Shown here one piece after another: positions 7,384 through 17,801 of a stretch of 64,000 nt of DNA. The translations under genes were made by a program, and so were the position numbers. The DNA lies in IMG/VR virus record IMGVR_UViG_3300025030_000095, positions 1,111 to 65,110 of that record; one strand, 5' to 3'. Positions within the stretch are counted from its first letter, which is position 1, and each line of letters opens with the position of its first letter. The DNA comes from a virus (Duplodnaviria > Caudoviricetes). The notes below the pieces were generated by a model. That model made no database searches, was not told the DNA's origin, and saw only the letters and a program-made list of their open reading frames with translations.

Positions 7384-10258
7384 GAATTTCTGGAAAAACA
7401 ATACACCTAACCTGCGTTCCTCCAATACTCTTCCTGTAGTCAAATCTATTTTTATCCCCATCCTTCCATGTTCTAATCTTCCCTTGTTCAGCCCAATCCT
7501 TAATGATCTTCTGAGCACTTGAATACTGGCTGAGAAATTTATCCACAACACTCCTAATTAAGTAAATATTCACTCCATCCTTCACGCCAATTCTCGACGA
7601 ATATGAATTACTGAGTTTGTCAGAATTTTCACCAACCCAATCCATAAACACTAACCAAGCGCGTTCCGACTCGCTAGACTCACATTGTCTAATTAATTTA
7701 CTGGCTATTTCCGCCCCTATCGCATATACTTCCGCCTTCGCCGCCCCTGCCTCCGTGCCAAACACCCAAACCGAGGCGAGATAGTCAGCCACCATCACAC
7801 ACGCCACAGCATCCAAGTGGCTGTCCAACTTGTCTGAATAATACTGTTTGAGCCATGCCTGTGCCTCGTGGTAAAGATCAATCAGATCACTTTTATTTAC
7901 CTTCATAAGCTCCTTGAGAAACACTATTCCAGATTGACCGTGACAGTTAGGTAAAAATTCGTAAAGGTAACGAGAGAGAACTTTGTTATTAACCAACGGA
8001 CCACCATCTAACTCAATCAAGCGATTCATAAACCCATCCATAGAACTTGCGTTAGTCAATGGACCCTCACCTGTAGTAATAATAATCGTTCTCCAAGTGT
8101 TTAGCTTTTGCAAACCGTTCTTACTGCCACGCCCCTTGCCCTTGCCCTCGGCCAGCATGTACACAATGGGTGAAATGTCTAATTTCTGCTGCTGACCCAA
8201 TACCTCTCGCTCATTAATACCGAATGGCAAATCTGAGAATAAACTAGCCCTGCGCTCCAGTGATGTCGGAGAGTTGTTAAAGCTTGCGATGACCGGATCT
8301 GGATCAGCCCAGATCGACAACGCCAGCCATAATACTGCCGTTTTTCCCCCACCTGATCCTCCATGATTATGAATAACAAAGTTCCGCTGTGAGAGTAATT
8401 TTAGTAATGGTGCCGCAAAACCAGCGGATAGGATAAATCTGGCATTGGAAGATGAATTACGAACCTGATTAGCAACGTTTATCCAATCGGATAGCTTGCC
8501 AAGTTCAGAAAACCCTTTCAATGCGTGCTTACTCTCGATATCATCAACGTCGATCTCAATATCTGGACAGAGTCCCGGGAAGACAAACTCCTTACCCCTC
8601 CAACCGAAATGGGAAACGGCTTTTTGGACAGGAATATTAGGATTACAGCACAGGTAGTCGTCGAAGTACTTAGACGCATAACGAGCGCTCTCTGAGCTAA
8701 CCGCGAGGCCGCGATCGGCTAGATTGATAATGAGCCGTGAGTTAACTGCCATTGACCTTGGGACAACCAAATCACGCCAGCAACCCATATGCCTGTAGGA
8801 TATTTTTAAGGATTCAGAATCCGTATCTTCGTTATACAGCCTAGCCTTAATATAAGCAGGACAACCACATGCTCGCGTAACGATAGGACCGTTCTCCGTG
8901 AACTTAATATGGTTAATCCCAGTAGGCGTAAGCTTAAATCCATCAGGAATGATGTCCTGCATGGCATCAGTGTCAAGTGAACGAGCAGGAATATCTATAG
9001 CCTCATCCGTCGATATCTCCCCAACCTCGGAGTTCGTGACCTCCTGAGCGTGCTGCTTAATCGCCTTATCGAGATCCCTGAGCGAAATACCAGACCCCTT
9101 GAGTTTGCCCCTCGTCTTGGCGAACAGAGTAGCGTCAGTCAGCTTAACAATACTGAGAGCCGTGAGCATGTCGGGAGTGAATACCTTATCCGCGCTCGGA
9201 ATACCGATCATCGACACCATAGCCCGGGCCTGATCGACGCGACTTAGCGAGAACGAAGAGGGGGACTTAACTCCGCATCCACCAGTAGGGCAAGGGAATC
9301 CGTGAGTAGCACGAATATATTCACAAGTCTGGGGCCCGTTCATGTTCAGCGCCTCGGATATCCTAAAGTCCGTCCCCTTCGGTGTGTAACGTCCCGTGTC
9401 TGGTCGTGATAGCTCATGGCACTTATCTATTCCATCTGTTCCCCTTACAACATTTGTAAGCATCGACAACCATTCGCCGTAGGTTATGGACGCGGCATTA
9501 ATCAAGCAGTGTCGCAGGAAGGAACAGTTACCGATCATTAGGTCGGAGCTCGCATCCGTTGGTCGTCGTTCGAACTTACCGTGACTCGTGATCTCAGCTC
9601 GGAAGTCGATATCAGGTATTAAGTCTTCCAACTCGGAAGGGTCGTACCTGATAGACTCATCGAACTGCGTAATCACAACCGGTTTAGGCTGACCAAGTTT
9701 ATGATTCAACGTCCCAGGCACCCTAAGAACGCGGGAGAGGTCTGGCGTAGAATCGAGTTTCCAGCCTCTCTCTTTTGCAAGAGACCTAATGAATGACTGC
9801 AGTCTGATCATGAGGTTCGAAGCGCGGATATTTTCCTCTTGTGATTCAAATACCCAAGCCTCCTTGAGAAGCCAGTACATGTGCAGGCCGTTTCCTGAGG
9901 ACACCGTGATCGAGGGAAAGAGGAACCCGGGCAGTATCGACAGAGCATCCTTAATCGTTGGTGGTAGATCCGTTTGCTTGTGCGCCGGACCGAGTATATC
10001 AATGTCCATCCAAAGGCATGTGATAAACGACACATTGTTAGACAGGAGACGCTTATTATCATTGATACCCTGCATTGACCCGCCAAGCCCAAAGTACACG
10101 TCTCGCTCGTCCTGTATCGCCGTGGCAGCGTTTGACATCATGCGTAGATCGGAGACGGCAAAGGACCACGTTTTATGATCGGGCAGCGTCCAAAGGTAAA
10201 CGTGCCCTTCGTCGAGATTGCCGTATAGTGAGTTTAAAAACTGAAGTGTATCGGACAC
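7361..10258 (-). CDS. primase-helicase (RepB-like primase N-terminus, DUF927 helicase C-terminus)
   Basis: WMDID, SGNGLHMYW, RVLRVPGTLNHK primase motifs; GGSGGGKT Walker A; GKGKGRG and IITTGE typical of DUF927. Confidence 0.88.
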   Translation of the reverse strand: MSDTLQFLNSLYGNLDEGHVYLWTLPDHKTWSFAVSDLRMMSNAATAIQDERDVYFGLGGSMQGINDNKRLLSNNVSFITCLWMDIDILGPAHKQTDLPPTIKDALSILPGFLFPSITVSSGNGLHMYWLLKEAWVFESQEENIRASNLMIRLQSFIRSLAKERGWKLDSTPDLSRVLRVPGTLNHKLGQPKPVVITQFDESIRYDPSELEDLIPDIDFRAEITSHGKFERRPTDASSDLMIGNCSFLRHCLINAASITYGEWLSMLTNVVRGTDGIDKCHELSRPDTGRYTPKGTDFRISEALNMNGPQTCEYIRATHGFPCPTGGCGVKSPSSFSLSRVDQARAMVSMIGIPSADKVFTPDMLTALSIVKLTDATLFAKTRGKLKGSGISLRDLDKAIKQHAQEVTNSEVGEISTDEAIDIPARSLDTDAMQDIIPDGFKLTPTGINHIKFTENGPIVTRACGCPAYIKARLYNEDTDSESLKISYRHMGCWRDLVVPRSMAVNSRLIINLADRGLAVSSESARYASKYFDDYLCCNPNIPVQKAVSHFGWRGKEFVFPGLCPDIEIDVDDIESKHALKGFSELGKLSDWINVANQVRNSSSNARFILSAGFAAPLLKLLSQRNFVIHNHGGSGGGKTAVLWLALSIWADPDPVIASFNNSPTSLERRASLFSDLPFGINEREVLGQQQKLDISPIVYMLAEGKGKGRGSKNGLQKLNTWRTIIITTGEGPLTNASSMDGFMNRLIELDGGPLVNNKVLSRYLYEFLPNCHGQSGIVFLKELMKVNKSDLIDLYHEAQAWLKQYYSDKLDSHLDAVACVMVADYLASVWVFGTEAGAAKAEVYAIGAEIASKLIRQCESSESERAWLVFMDWVGENSDKLSNSYSSRIGVKDGVNIYLIRSVVDKFLSQYSSAQKIIKDWAEQGKIRTWKDGDKNRFDYRKSIGGTQVRCIVFPEIPSGLVVV

Positions 10259-10282
10259 GTGCTATCCCTCTTCTCAGCCACC

Positions 10283-10687
10283 TTAGCCACCGTTGATAAT
10301 CTTGACCACATCCTCAAATGATCTAGCCACCCCAGATGGACACCCCAAGTCAGACATCTGTCTAAGGAAATTTACCTGCTCCTGAGTTGGTTTCCCGGTC
10401 TGTGTCTTAACTTCGATGAAACAAGCCATAGCAAGCTTCTTGCCAATCATATCCTGTGTAACAATAACTGGTACAACGACAAGTAGGTCAGAGAATCCCT
10501 TCAGGTTTTTGGTTTGAGATCCAAAAGTTGCAAATGGACGTGGGTTCATAATTGTTATCGATCCATTACTGTTCTTCGTGATCTTATTTCCAGTCCATCC
10601 AATACCTACATTAATACGAAATGATGTGCCGATATTGAGACTAGATATTCCCAATTGTATTTCCTTCTGGATATCTTGCTCTATCAT
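10283..10687 (-). CDS. VRR-NUC nuclease
   Basis: GFSDL...FIEVKTQTGKPTQEQVNFL...GVARS. Confidence 0.9.
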   Translation of the reverse strand: MIEQDIQKEIQLGISSLNIGTSFRINVGIGWTGNKITKNSNGSITIMNPRPFATFGSQTKNLKGFSDLLVVVPVIVTQDMIGKKLAMACFIEVKTQTGKPTQEQVNFLRQMSDLGCPSGVARSFEDVVKIINGG

Positions 10688-11319
10688 ACTGATCCCCTAG
10701 TAATTGGCACACTAATTGCTTCTTCTGGAGTCATTCCTATTTTTAGTCGATAGGTTAATGTCCCACGATTAATACCAGATTCGTTGGCTAAATCAGCCAT
10801 TATTTTATCCTCTCCATTTATTGTTACATGAAAGTTTTGGCTAGTATTTCTATTCTGCTCCGCATATGTTGCCCATTTGCAATTATCTGGAGAATAACCT
10901 TTATCGCTGTTAATACGTTCAAGGGTTAATCCCTCTTTGTAACCATTCTTTAATGCCCATTCAAAAAAAGTCATTCGGTCATTCAGCCATTCATCACAAA
11001 CCTTAATTCCTCTGTTGCCATAAATTTTGTATTTTTTGTTCTTACAGTTATGGCACCTGCTAACCATAGCCTTATATACTCCATAAATTTTTTTACTCGA
11101 AAGACCATGTTTTGTGCTGGTCTGTATTCTCATTTCGTCATTCAAACAACCACAACTTCTTGTCTTACCAGTCCTGGCACTAGCCCCGTCAGTAATTATT
11201 TGTTTGCCACAATCACACCTAAATAACCACCTAACGCGATCATCTCCGGTATTCGGAATGCGATTAATGGCCGTAAGTCTGCCATATTTTTTTCCGGTTA
11301 TGTCAATAAAACTACCCAT
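10684..11319 (-). CDS. HNH-type homing endonuclease
   Basis: DITGKKYGRLT, CDCG, SCGC, YGNRGIKVCDEW, LERINSDKGYSPDNCKWAT; own AAGGAG RBS. Confidence 0.88.
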   Translation of the reverse strand: MGSFIDITGKKYGRLTAINRIPNTGDDRVRWLFRCDCGKQIITDGASARTGKTRSCGCLNDEMRIQTSTKHGLSSKKIYGVYKAMVSRCHNCKNKKYKIYGNRGIKVCDEWLNDRMTFFEWALKNGYKEGLTLERINSDKGYSPDNCKWATYAEQNRNTSQNFHVTINGEDKIMADLANESGINRGTLTYRLKIGMTPEEAISVPITRGSV

Positions 11320-11501
11320 ATCATTATTCACTCCTTGCTTGCGCATAAATAAAACTGAACTGGTGATTTCGCGGGAGAAGTCGAGGCAGATGCTAGATTG
11401 GACGTCGTGTTCGTTACTCATGAAGTAGTACCACCGAGAAGTTCAGTATTCTCCCACGCATTCCCAATAACACGTGATACCTTAACCCAATAACCAAAGC
11501 G

Positions 11502-11705
11502 CTACCTCCCCTGCGCTCTATTCAATACCTCGATTGACCTCTCATATAACCCGCGCTCTCCAAGATGTATGTTATCCGCCAACTCCGTCCATTCGACAAG
11601 TGATTCGTATAAATCAGCGATAATCTTATCCTTTGAAGCCACCGTCACCCACGTGGCTATCGTGGCTGTCGCCCCACCGAGCAGTAAACCTAGTCCGAAT
11701 TGCAT
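11502..11705 (-). CDS. small membrane-anchored protein
   Basis: N-terminal hydrophobic helix, GGAGGTG RBS. Confidence 0.6.
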   Translation of the reverse strand: MQFGLGLLLGGATATIATWVTVASKDKIIADLYESLVEWTELADNIHLGERGLYERSIEVLNRAQGR

Positions 11706-11719
11706 TACGCTTCACCTCC

Positions 11720-12001
11720 TTACGGATTTCTCTTGCTCGCACTCGTCTTTTGCTTAGCGACCGGCATTTTGACATCTACTTTAGGCTTAGGCTTGGCCTC
11801 TGCTTTTGGTTGAGGTTGTAAAGATTTAACCTTGTACTTCTTTTTCTCGCCCCAATCGTCCATGTCCAGTACCTCATCAACGAACCAGCCCATTTCCTCA
11901 TCCTGTCTCTCTACCGGTTGCTGTACGGTTTGGACAGGATTTGATCCGCAACCAGTAAGGATAAACGCCGAGAGGACTAATGACGTGAGTAACTTTTTCA
12001 T
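11720..12001 (-). CDS. putative lipoprotein
   Basis: Signal peptide with LTGC lipobox. Confidence 0.7.
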   Translation of the reverse strand: MKKLLTSLVLSAFILTGCGSNPVQTVQQPVERQDEEMGWFVDEVLDMDDWGEKKKYKVKSLQPQPKAEAKPKPKVDVKMPVAKQKTSASKRNP

Positions 12002-12414
12002 TGTTGACCTCCTTGAGCCTTGAGCAAAACCCTATCAATAAGCGCTTTTCCTTCGTTGCAAATCCAAGCCACCGCTTTTCCAAGTTCCCCTTCCGTAGTG
12101 CAGGTTAAGGACCGATTAAGCTGTTCATTGAATTTCTCCAACGCCTCATACATCTCAGGTGCGCTTGCGATAAGATGAGCGTTTCCATCATCCTCATCCC
12201 TCTCACACGCGTCAAATCCAACGATAGGATCGAGTTGATGAAATGTTACGGCAATTAATTTACCAAGTTTTTCTGGCTGTTCATTACTCAGCATCCCGAA
12301 TGTTTCCCCGCCAAGAAATAGTCCTTTTGGGGCAATTATCGTCATACTCATACACAAGTTATCGTCTGTGTGGATTACTTCCCATGGTCCCGGCGTAAAC
12401 TTATACTTGCTCAT
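11998..12414 (-). CDS. conserved phage protein (TPGPW...NAHLIASAPEM family)
   Basis: Widespread phage motif pair. Confidence 0.75.
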   Translation of the reverse strand: MSKYKFTPGPWEVIHTDDNLCMSMTIIAPKGLFLGGETFGMLSNEQPEKLGKLIAVTFHQLDPIVGFDACERDEDDGNAHLIASAPEMYEALEKFNEQLNRSLTCTTEGELGKAVAWICNEGKALIDRVLLKAQGGQQ

Positions 12415-12854
12415 AAACTTACCTCCGTCGCCAAGAGCGCTGCCTTAACTATCCCCTCGGCATCACCCATCTTAGTTACGTAAATCCCAACTTCCTCATT
12501 TGATTTTTCGAGCAACCTGCGATAGTAAATGGTCTTTACGCCGAGCAGGTAACGCTCGATGGTGATGTACCAACCTTTTTGTTGCATCGCTTGAATGACT
12601 TCAAAGGATGCCGATATGTCGGTTGAGTAATGAGGCAAGAGGCCAATATAACCACCTGTGCAATCACAAACAGCATCATATCCTGTTCCGAAACCACTAA
12701 ATCCTGAACCCTTACACTTGTCGCACACTACTTTGTTGTCCTCAGACATGATACCCATCACCTTTTCAGCCACCAACTCGTCTAATTCCCTACCCGGTAT
12801 CATCGCTAAAATCTCTTCCCTCGTCATAAACCTCACTCCTCTCATCGTCTCCAC
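12411..12854 (-). CDS. phage ABA-sandwich-like protein with CxxC insert
   Basis: GRELDELVAEKVMG...PHYSTDISASFEVI...IVKAALLA. Confidence 0.65.
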   Translation of the reverse strand: METMRGVRFMTREEILAMIPGRELDELVAEKVMGIMSEDNKVVCDKCKGSGFSGFGTGYDAVCDCTGGYIGLLPHYSTDISASFEVIQAMQQKGWYITIERYLLGVKTIYYRRLLEKSNEEVGIYVTKMGDAEGIVKAALLATEVSL

Positions 12855-14206
12855 TTCTCCCTCAATTCCAACTGCACATTAACCCACCTCAGCGAGTACC
12901 CTCGTTTAATAGCGATAAACTCCAACTCCTCCCGAGTCCTCGCCCTTGTAACCTCCCGCTTATCCTCAGCTCTCTCCAACGCTTTTATCTGCAGGAGTTC
13001 GCCCTTCGTCTGCACTATCTCAGCCTGAGCCTTCACCGTATACACAAACCCGCACTTCGGACATTTCGGAGCCGGTAGATGCGCGTAATAACACTCCGGG
13101 CACTGCCTAACCGTTATCTCTGATGGATCGCGTTTTTTAACCTTACCCTCCAAACTCCACTCTCTGTCTTCATCTGGTAAACCATGGCGGTAGACGTTGC
13201 CAACGTGGTCTATTATGATCGCTCGCTTATCAGGATTCTCCGGGTCTGCTCTCATAGACCTCATAGCTTGCTGGATAAATAACGCCACGGACTGAGTTGG
13301 ACGGAGCAGGATAACTGCTTCCATGGACGGAACGTCGAACCCCTCTGAAACCAAACTTACGTTCGTTAATATCTTCACAACACCTGTTCTAAACTGTTCG
13401 ATTGCCAACCTACGAATCGCGTCCGGTGTCTTCCCGTCGATGTACGCCGTGGGTATCCCTGCCGCGTTAAACTCCCGAGCCACATGTTCAGCGTGCTCAC
13501 AACTCGCGCAGTAGGCTATCGCTCGTTTACCGTCCGCCAATTTACGATAAGTCGCTATGACATCCCCGATAATCTCTGACTTATCCATCTTCAATGCCAC
13601 ATCCGCCGACTGATAATCTCCGTATTTAATTTTTAAGTCTCCAAAATCAGCAACAACCGGAGGGGAGTAATACTCAAACGGAGATAGATTGCCCATGTCT
13701 ATTAGTTCGCGAACCGTTGGGCCCAGTGCTAGTGCTTGGAATATTACACCTAGCCCATCACCAGATAATCGTGCAGGGGTGGCGGTGAAACCAATAATCA
13801 AACTCGTGGGAAAATTATCAATAACCTTTTTCCATGTGCTAGCAACCGAGTGATGACCCTCGTCCATAATGATCAGGTCCGGCGGCTTCTTGAACTGAGA
13901 TAACCGTCTAGCTAAAGTGTAAACGCTCGCCACATGGACATTACAGGTATTAATATTCTTAGAATTCAGGATCTCGTGTGGGATATAAAACTTATCCAAG
14001 GTCTTCGATGTCTGCTCAATTAACTCTTGACGATGTACTACAATGAGGACTGTCTGTCCTCTCGCCCTAGCCTGCGCCGTCATCCATGAAAACAGAACCG
14101 TTTTACCAGCACCACACGGGGCCACTGCGCAGATCCGGAGGAGTCCGGCGAGAATTGAGTACCGGATCTCCTCAATTAGTTCGGCTTGGTAGTCGCGTAG
14201 TTGCAT
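12842..14206 (-). CDS. SF2 DEAD/DEAH-box helicase
   Basis: LRDYQ, PCGAGKT, DEGHH, GFTATP, EGFDVP, QAMRSMR; C-terminal Zn ribbon. Confidence 0.95.
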   Translation of the reverse strand: MQLRDYQAELIEEIRYSILAGLLRICAVAPCGAGKTVLFSWMTAQARARGQTVLIVVHRQELIEQTSKTLDKFYIPHEILNSKNINTCNVHVASVYTLARRLSQFKKPPDLIIMDEGHHSVASTWKKVIDNFPTSLIIGFTATPARLSGDGLGVIFQALALGPTVRELIDMGNLSPFEYYSPPVVADFGDLKIKYGDYQSADVALKMDKSEIIGDVIATYRKLADGKRAIAYCASCEHAEHVAREFNAAGIPTAYIDGKTPDAIRRLAIEQFRTGVVKILTNVSLVSEGFDVPSMEAVILLRPTQSVALFIQQAMRSMRADPENPDKRAIIIDHVGNVYRHGLPDEDREWSLEGKVKKRDPSEITVRQCPECYYAHLPAPKCPKCGFVYTVKAQAEIVQTKGELLQIKALERAEDKREVTRARTREELEFIAIKRGYSLRWVNVQLELREKWRR

Positions 14207-14237
14207 TTAAGCACCAACTAACTTATTTAGAATAATT

Positions 14238-14735
14238 TTAAAATGGGATGTCATCGTCTAGATTTACCTCGTGTCCATACGGACGCATGACCCCTCCCGG
14301 AGTTGGAGGCGCTCCCTGATACCCCGGAGGAGGCGGCATTGATCCCTGCTGCGGCTGGCGTTGTTTCTGTGCAGGAGGTTGTTGTGTCTGCGTCTGCCCT
14401 GACCCCGTACCACTATCCTTCGGACTCAAGAAATTACAATCTTCCACCATGATCTCCGTGACCCATCGTTTCTGCCCCTCTTTGTCGTTGTAGGTCCTAA
14501 CCTGTATTCTTCCCTCTACCGATACTAATTTTCCCTTCGTTTGGTATTCGGCTATGAGTTCCGCAAGTTGCTTAAACGCTACACAAGGGATAAAGTCCGT
14601 CTCCTTCTCGCCTTGAGCGTTCTTAAATTTGCGATCAACTGCGAGTGTAAAGTTAGTTACCGCAACACCTGACGGAGAGTAGCGTAATTCTGGATCCTTT
14701 GTTAAGCGGCCAATTAATACAACTCTGTTTAACAA
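14238..14735 (-). CDS. ssb: single-stranded DNA-binding protein
   Basis: MLNRVVLIGRLTKDPELR...DDDIPF. Confidence 0.97.
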   Translation of the reverse strand: MLNRVVLIGRLTKDPELRYSPSGVAVTNFTLAVDRKFKNAQGEKETDFIPCVAFKQLAELIAEYQTKGKLVSVEGRIQVRTYNDKEGQKRWVTEIMVEDCNFLSPKDSGTGSGQTQTQQPPAQKQRQPQQGSMPPPPGYQGAPPTPGGVMRPYGHEVNLDDDIPF

Positions 14736-14893
14736 TTCGAATCACCATTCCCCTCGTTATCTGCATCCGGTCCCTCTCCGTATTCCTCGGTACATCTTTT
14801 CGAATTAGGGGTTAAATACATGCAACCGCTACCACTTACTGAGCATTCATAACGACCGTCTTCCGGGTCGAATGTGGCACTTTTGCAACTCAT
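14729..14893 (-). CDS. 54-aa Cys-containing protein (not in ORF track)
   Basis: GGAG RBS; MSCKSATFDPEDGRYECSVSGSGCMYLTPNSKRC... Confidence 0.6.
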   Translation of the reverse strand: MSCKSATFDPEDGRYECSVSGSGCMYLTPNSKRCTEEYGEGPDADNEGNGDSNC

Positions 14894-14912
14894 TCGCTCC
14901 TACCCCCTTGTT

Positions 14913-15752
14913 TTAAATGTGGCAATCGACTACCGTTAGTGTCCATTCTGGATTGATGTTATCTATAAATCGTTCTTTGTATTTATCATCCCAAGACTCT
15001 TCTTTATTGAACACTGACGCGAACCATCCCATTTCACCCTTCTCATACCATTCACCATCAGGTATGAGTACCGCGAAAGTAAGAAACCTGTAAGACTGGT
15101 TTACGTATTCGTCATTTGTCATGCCAGGCTTAATTCCATATTGAAAACTTCTGATAAAATCATCCTTGCCTTGAGCTTCTTCCCAGCATCGAATACGATC
15201 TTCCTTTTCTCTTTGAGCCATAAGTTCCCATTGGATGTCCTTGAATTTTGCCGAATTTACCCATGAATACCCCTCTGTTTCCTCTCGTGCGGAACAATTC
15301 CATGATTCAGGATAACCTTTAGTCACGGCACTTTTTATTAGTAGTAAACCGCCATACCTACCGCCATCTGCCCACCAATCCCATTTGCTTTTTGGATTAT
15401 AAGTGGAGTAAACTTCTCCTTCGGGTCCAATTTCATCATCTTCGTAAGATTCGATTTCTTCGTTGTATACTTGCTCGTCTGACCAAGTTAATCTTTTAGG
15501 AAATTCATTTTCGATATAATCAAGATGATTATCATTCTTGCACTCATCTCGGTATTTCTGAGGATTTGTTAAATACTTGGCATACAAACCTTTCTTGTAA
15601 TCCTCGATTTCCTTACGTCCCTCTTCAATTAATTGAGATTTGGTATATTTCACGTATCTCGGCGTGTCTAGATTTTCATCATAAGGAGCAAGTAACTCCT
15701 CGACGGTTTTACCTCCATCTTGGGTAAATACAGCTACTGCAAAGTGACTCAT
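14913..15752 (-). CDS. conserved phage protein
   Basis: MSHFAVAV...YNPKSKWDWW...VVDCHI family pattern. Confidence 0.75.
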   Translation of the reverse strand: MSHFAVAVFTQDGGKTVEELLAPYDENLDTPRYVKYTKSQLIEEGRKEIEDYKKGLYAKYLTNPQKYRDECKNDNHLDYIENEFPKRLTWSDEQVYNEEIESYEDDEIGPEGEVYSTYNPKSKWDWWADGGRYGGLLLIKSAVTKGYPESWNCSAREETEGYSWVNSAKFKDIQWELMAQREKEDRIRCWEEAQGKDDFIRSFQYGIKPGMTNDEYVNQSYRFLTFAVLIPDGEWYEKGEMGWFASVFNKEESWDDKYKERFIDNINPEWTLTVVDCHI

Positions 15753-15800
15753 TTTGTATCCTCCTTCAATTTTCTGCTAATCACGGACATCCTCGAACAC

Positions 15801-16346
15801 TCAACCGTGCTCCTTCCTATACCCCTTCAACTCATCCCTAACAGCAGTCAACCTCACAATATCCGCGCTCTCGAACTCCCCACCAACTCGCTTGGTAATC
15901 CAATCCGGGAACTGAGCTTGATCCCATCTCCACAGGGCCTTAATCTCGTGCCTTAGCTTGTCCTCCGGAGTCTCGACAACGATCTGCGGTTCAGGAGCAA
16001 CATCCTGCACTACCTCCTGGGTTATCCCCAACGCCCCCAACCACGCTCTCTTTAGAGCCATCTCCTGCGCATTAACTACCGCCATGACTCCCGCGTCGAT
16101 ACCTGAACCAAGCGCGACATTCACAATCTCTTCACTGGACTCAATATCGATAATAACTAAACGACACGACACGGTTACAACCTGCCAAACAACTCCCTTA
16201 GCGTCCACTCTCTCGCTCGACCTAGTGAGCTCATATTCCGTCCTAGCGACAAGATTCTGCACAGCGAGAACTTCCCTCAGCTTGGGAAAATCCTGCTCGG
16301 TAGTGATTAACTTCATAACCTCGAATAGTTTGCTGGCTACACACAT
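15801..16346 (-). CDS. ERF-like recombination protein (divergent)
   Basis: ALGSGIDAGVMAVVNAQEMALKRAWLGALGI resembles the ERF GSG.D..DKA..KA motif. Confidence 0.55.
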   Translation of the reverse strand: MCVASKLFEVMKLITTEQDFPKLREVLAVQNLVARTEYELTRSSERVDAKGVVWQVVTVSCRLVIIDIESSEEIVNVALGSGIDAGVMAVVNAQEMALKRAWLGALGITQEVVQDVAPEPQIVVETPEDKLRHEIKALWRWDQAQFPDWITKRVGGEFESADIVRLTAVRDELKGYRKEHG

Positions 16347-16600
16347 GTTGGTACCTCCTCTCTCTCTCCTGATACAACCTCCAACTCAACAAACCCACAC
16401 GTCGTATTCGGCCTCTCCGTACACACCTCACACCGCATATCGCACGCCTCGTCCCTGCATATCAGCAGCGTTTTACCGAAGAATAGCTCCCGAGTTGTAT
16501 TCGCACATACAAGGCACTTACAAGGTTTCTTCGCCTTCGACTTAGAGTTCTTGCCCTTCCGATTCGGCATCACGACTATCTTTACGTGCTCCGTACCCAA
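16337..16600 (-). CDS. Cys-rich hypothetical protein
   Basis: Multiple CxxC; operon context. Confidence 0.5.
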   Translation of the reverse strand: MGTEHVKIVVMPNRKGKNSKSKAKKPCKCLVCANTTRELFFGKTLLICRDEACDMRCEVCTERPNTTCGFVELEVVSGEREEVPTCV

Positions 16601-16601
16601 C

Positions 16602-17378
16602 TCAACCCCTCACTTCGAGGAATAACCCGTGTAGACGGTCAAAGAACGACTTATCAGCATCCTGTGCGTATAATATCCTGAGCGTTGTGATGTCGCCTCG
16701 AAGGTCATTCCATACCTCTTCGTAGGGTTCGCGTTGGGGTTCTGGTTGTGGATCCGGGCAGATCGGTTCCGTAGGACGTTCGCTTAACTCTTCGATCTCA
16801 TCCTCCGTCAGTAGCGGTTCCTTGTCGTCCTGCTCCTGACCGTCAGGATCTAACCTTTGATCATCAGGCGTACATGTGCATGTATTAGCAACCTCCGATA
16901 GATCTGCGCCACCCTGCAATGGGTCGTCCGTGACACCGCCCGTCTCCTCTACCGTTGGCCCTGCCTCTAACTCACTGCTCGCCTTCCTAATCCCCCTAAT
17001 CTCCTGTAACCCATAGGACTTTACCCAATTACTGATCGTCGCAATCGAACATGCGTACTTCTCGGCGATCAACACCAGCGTCATGTCGGTCCTTAAATCT
17101 TTTTCCAACTCCGCCCTAGACGGTTTATTTTCCTTCGTTCTCAATCCTTTGCTCCTCCCCACCTTCGACCACTCGAGTTTTTTCTCGCCAGCTCTCATGC
17201 AGTTATACCGACAAAACCAATGCGTGCAACCCTTGACCTCAATTTTATATATCCACAAACCAACGTTACCGACAGTAAATCGTCGCCCACACTCCTCGCA
17301 TGTTCTCTCCTGGGGATTAGCGCCCGATACATCAGGAGCGACATCCGAAACTCTTAAGACAAACTCATCATTTTTCAC
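16602..17378 (-). CDS. Zn-finger plus HTH protein
   Basis: CEECG...FCRYNC and IAEKYACSIATISNWVKSYGL. Confidence 0.65.
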   Translation of the reverse strand: MKNDEFVLRVSDVAPDVSGANPQERTCEECGRRFTVGNVGLWIYKIEVKGCTHWFCRYNCMRAGEKKLEWSKVGRSKGLRTKENKPSRAELEKDLRTDMTLVLIAEKYACSIATISNWVKSYGLQEIRGIRKASSELEAGPTVEETGGVTDDPLQGGADLSEVANTCTCTPDDQRLDPDGQEQDDKEPLLTEDEIEELSERPTEPICPDPQPEPQREPYEEVWNDLRGDITTLRILYAQDADKSFFDRLHGLFLEVRG

Positions 17379-17393
17379 TGGTTACAACCCACC

Positions 17394-17630
17394 CTAGCTA
17401 ATCAGATACTTCGAGCAAACCATCTTCCCGGTAACGTGCTGGCTAACTCCCTCTATGCCTCCGCATAACACGCACCCTGGTTGGTATTTACGGAGTATGA
17501 TTTCCTCGCCGTTAGTAAATATTTCAAGCCCGTCTCCTTCATTTAGGGATAATGTTCGACGTAATTCGACTGGTAATACTACGCGTCCGAGCTCATCGAG
17601 TTTACGTACTACTCCTGTGGATTTTCTCAA
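17394..17630 (-). CDS. abrB: AbrB-family transition-state regulator
   Basis: KSTGVVRKLDELGRVVLPVELRRTL...IILRKYQPGCVLCG. Confidence 0.92.
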   Translation of the reverse strand: MRKSTGVVRKLDELGRVVLPVELRRTLSLNEGDGLEIFTNGEEIILRKYQPGCVLCGGIEGVSQHVTGKMVCSKYLIS

Positions 17631-17654
17631 AATAACTACCTCCCTTTATCAGAC

Positions 17655-17801
17655 CTAAAACTTCCGAATCTCCCGAGTCTCCTTATTGACAACCTCAAAA
17701 AAATCCGAACAATTTCTAACAACGAACCAATCATCAGGATTAAGACCCTCAGCCTCCAACCGTTCCTTCTGCTTACGACTTGGTGATACTCCGTGTTTCA
17801 T
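17655..17801 (-). CDS. 48-aa DUF6906-like phage protein (not in ORF track)
   Basis: MKHGVSPSRKQKERLEAEGLNPDDWFVV. Confidence 0.7.
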   Translation of the reverse strand: MKHGVSPSRKQKERLEAEGLNPDDWFVVRNCSDFFEVVNKETREIRKF

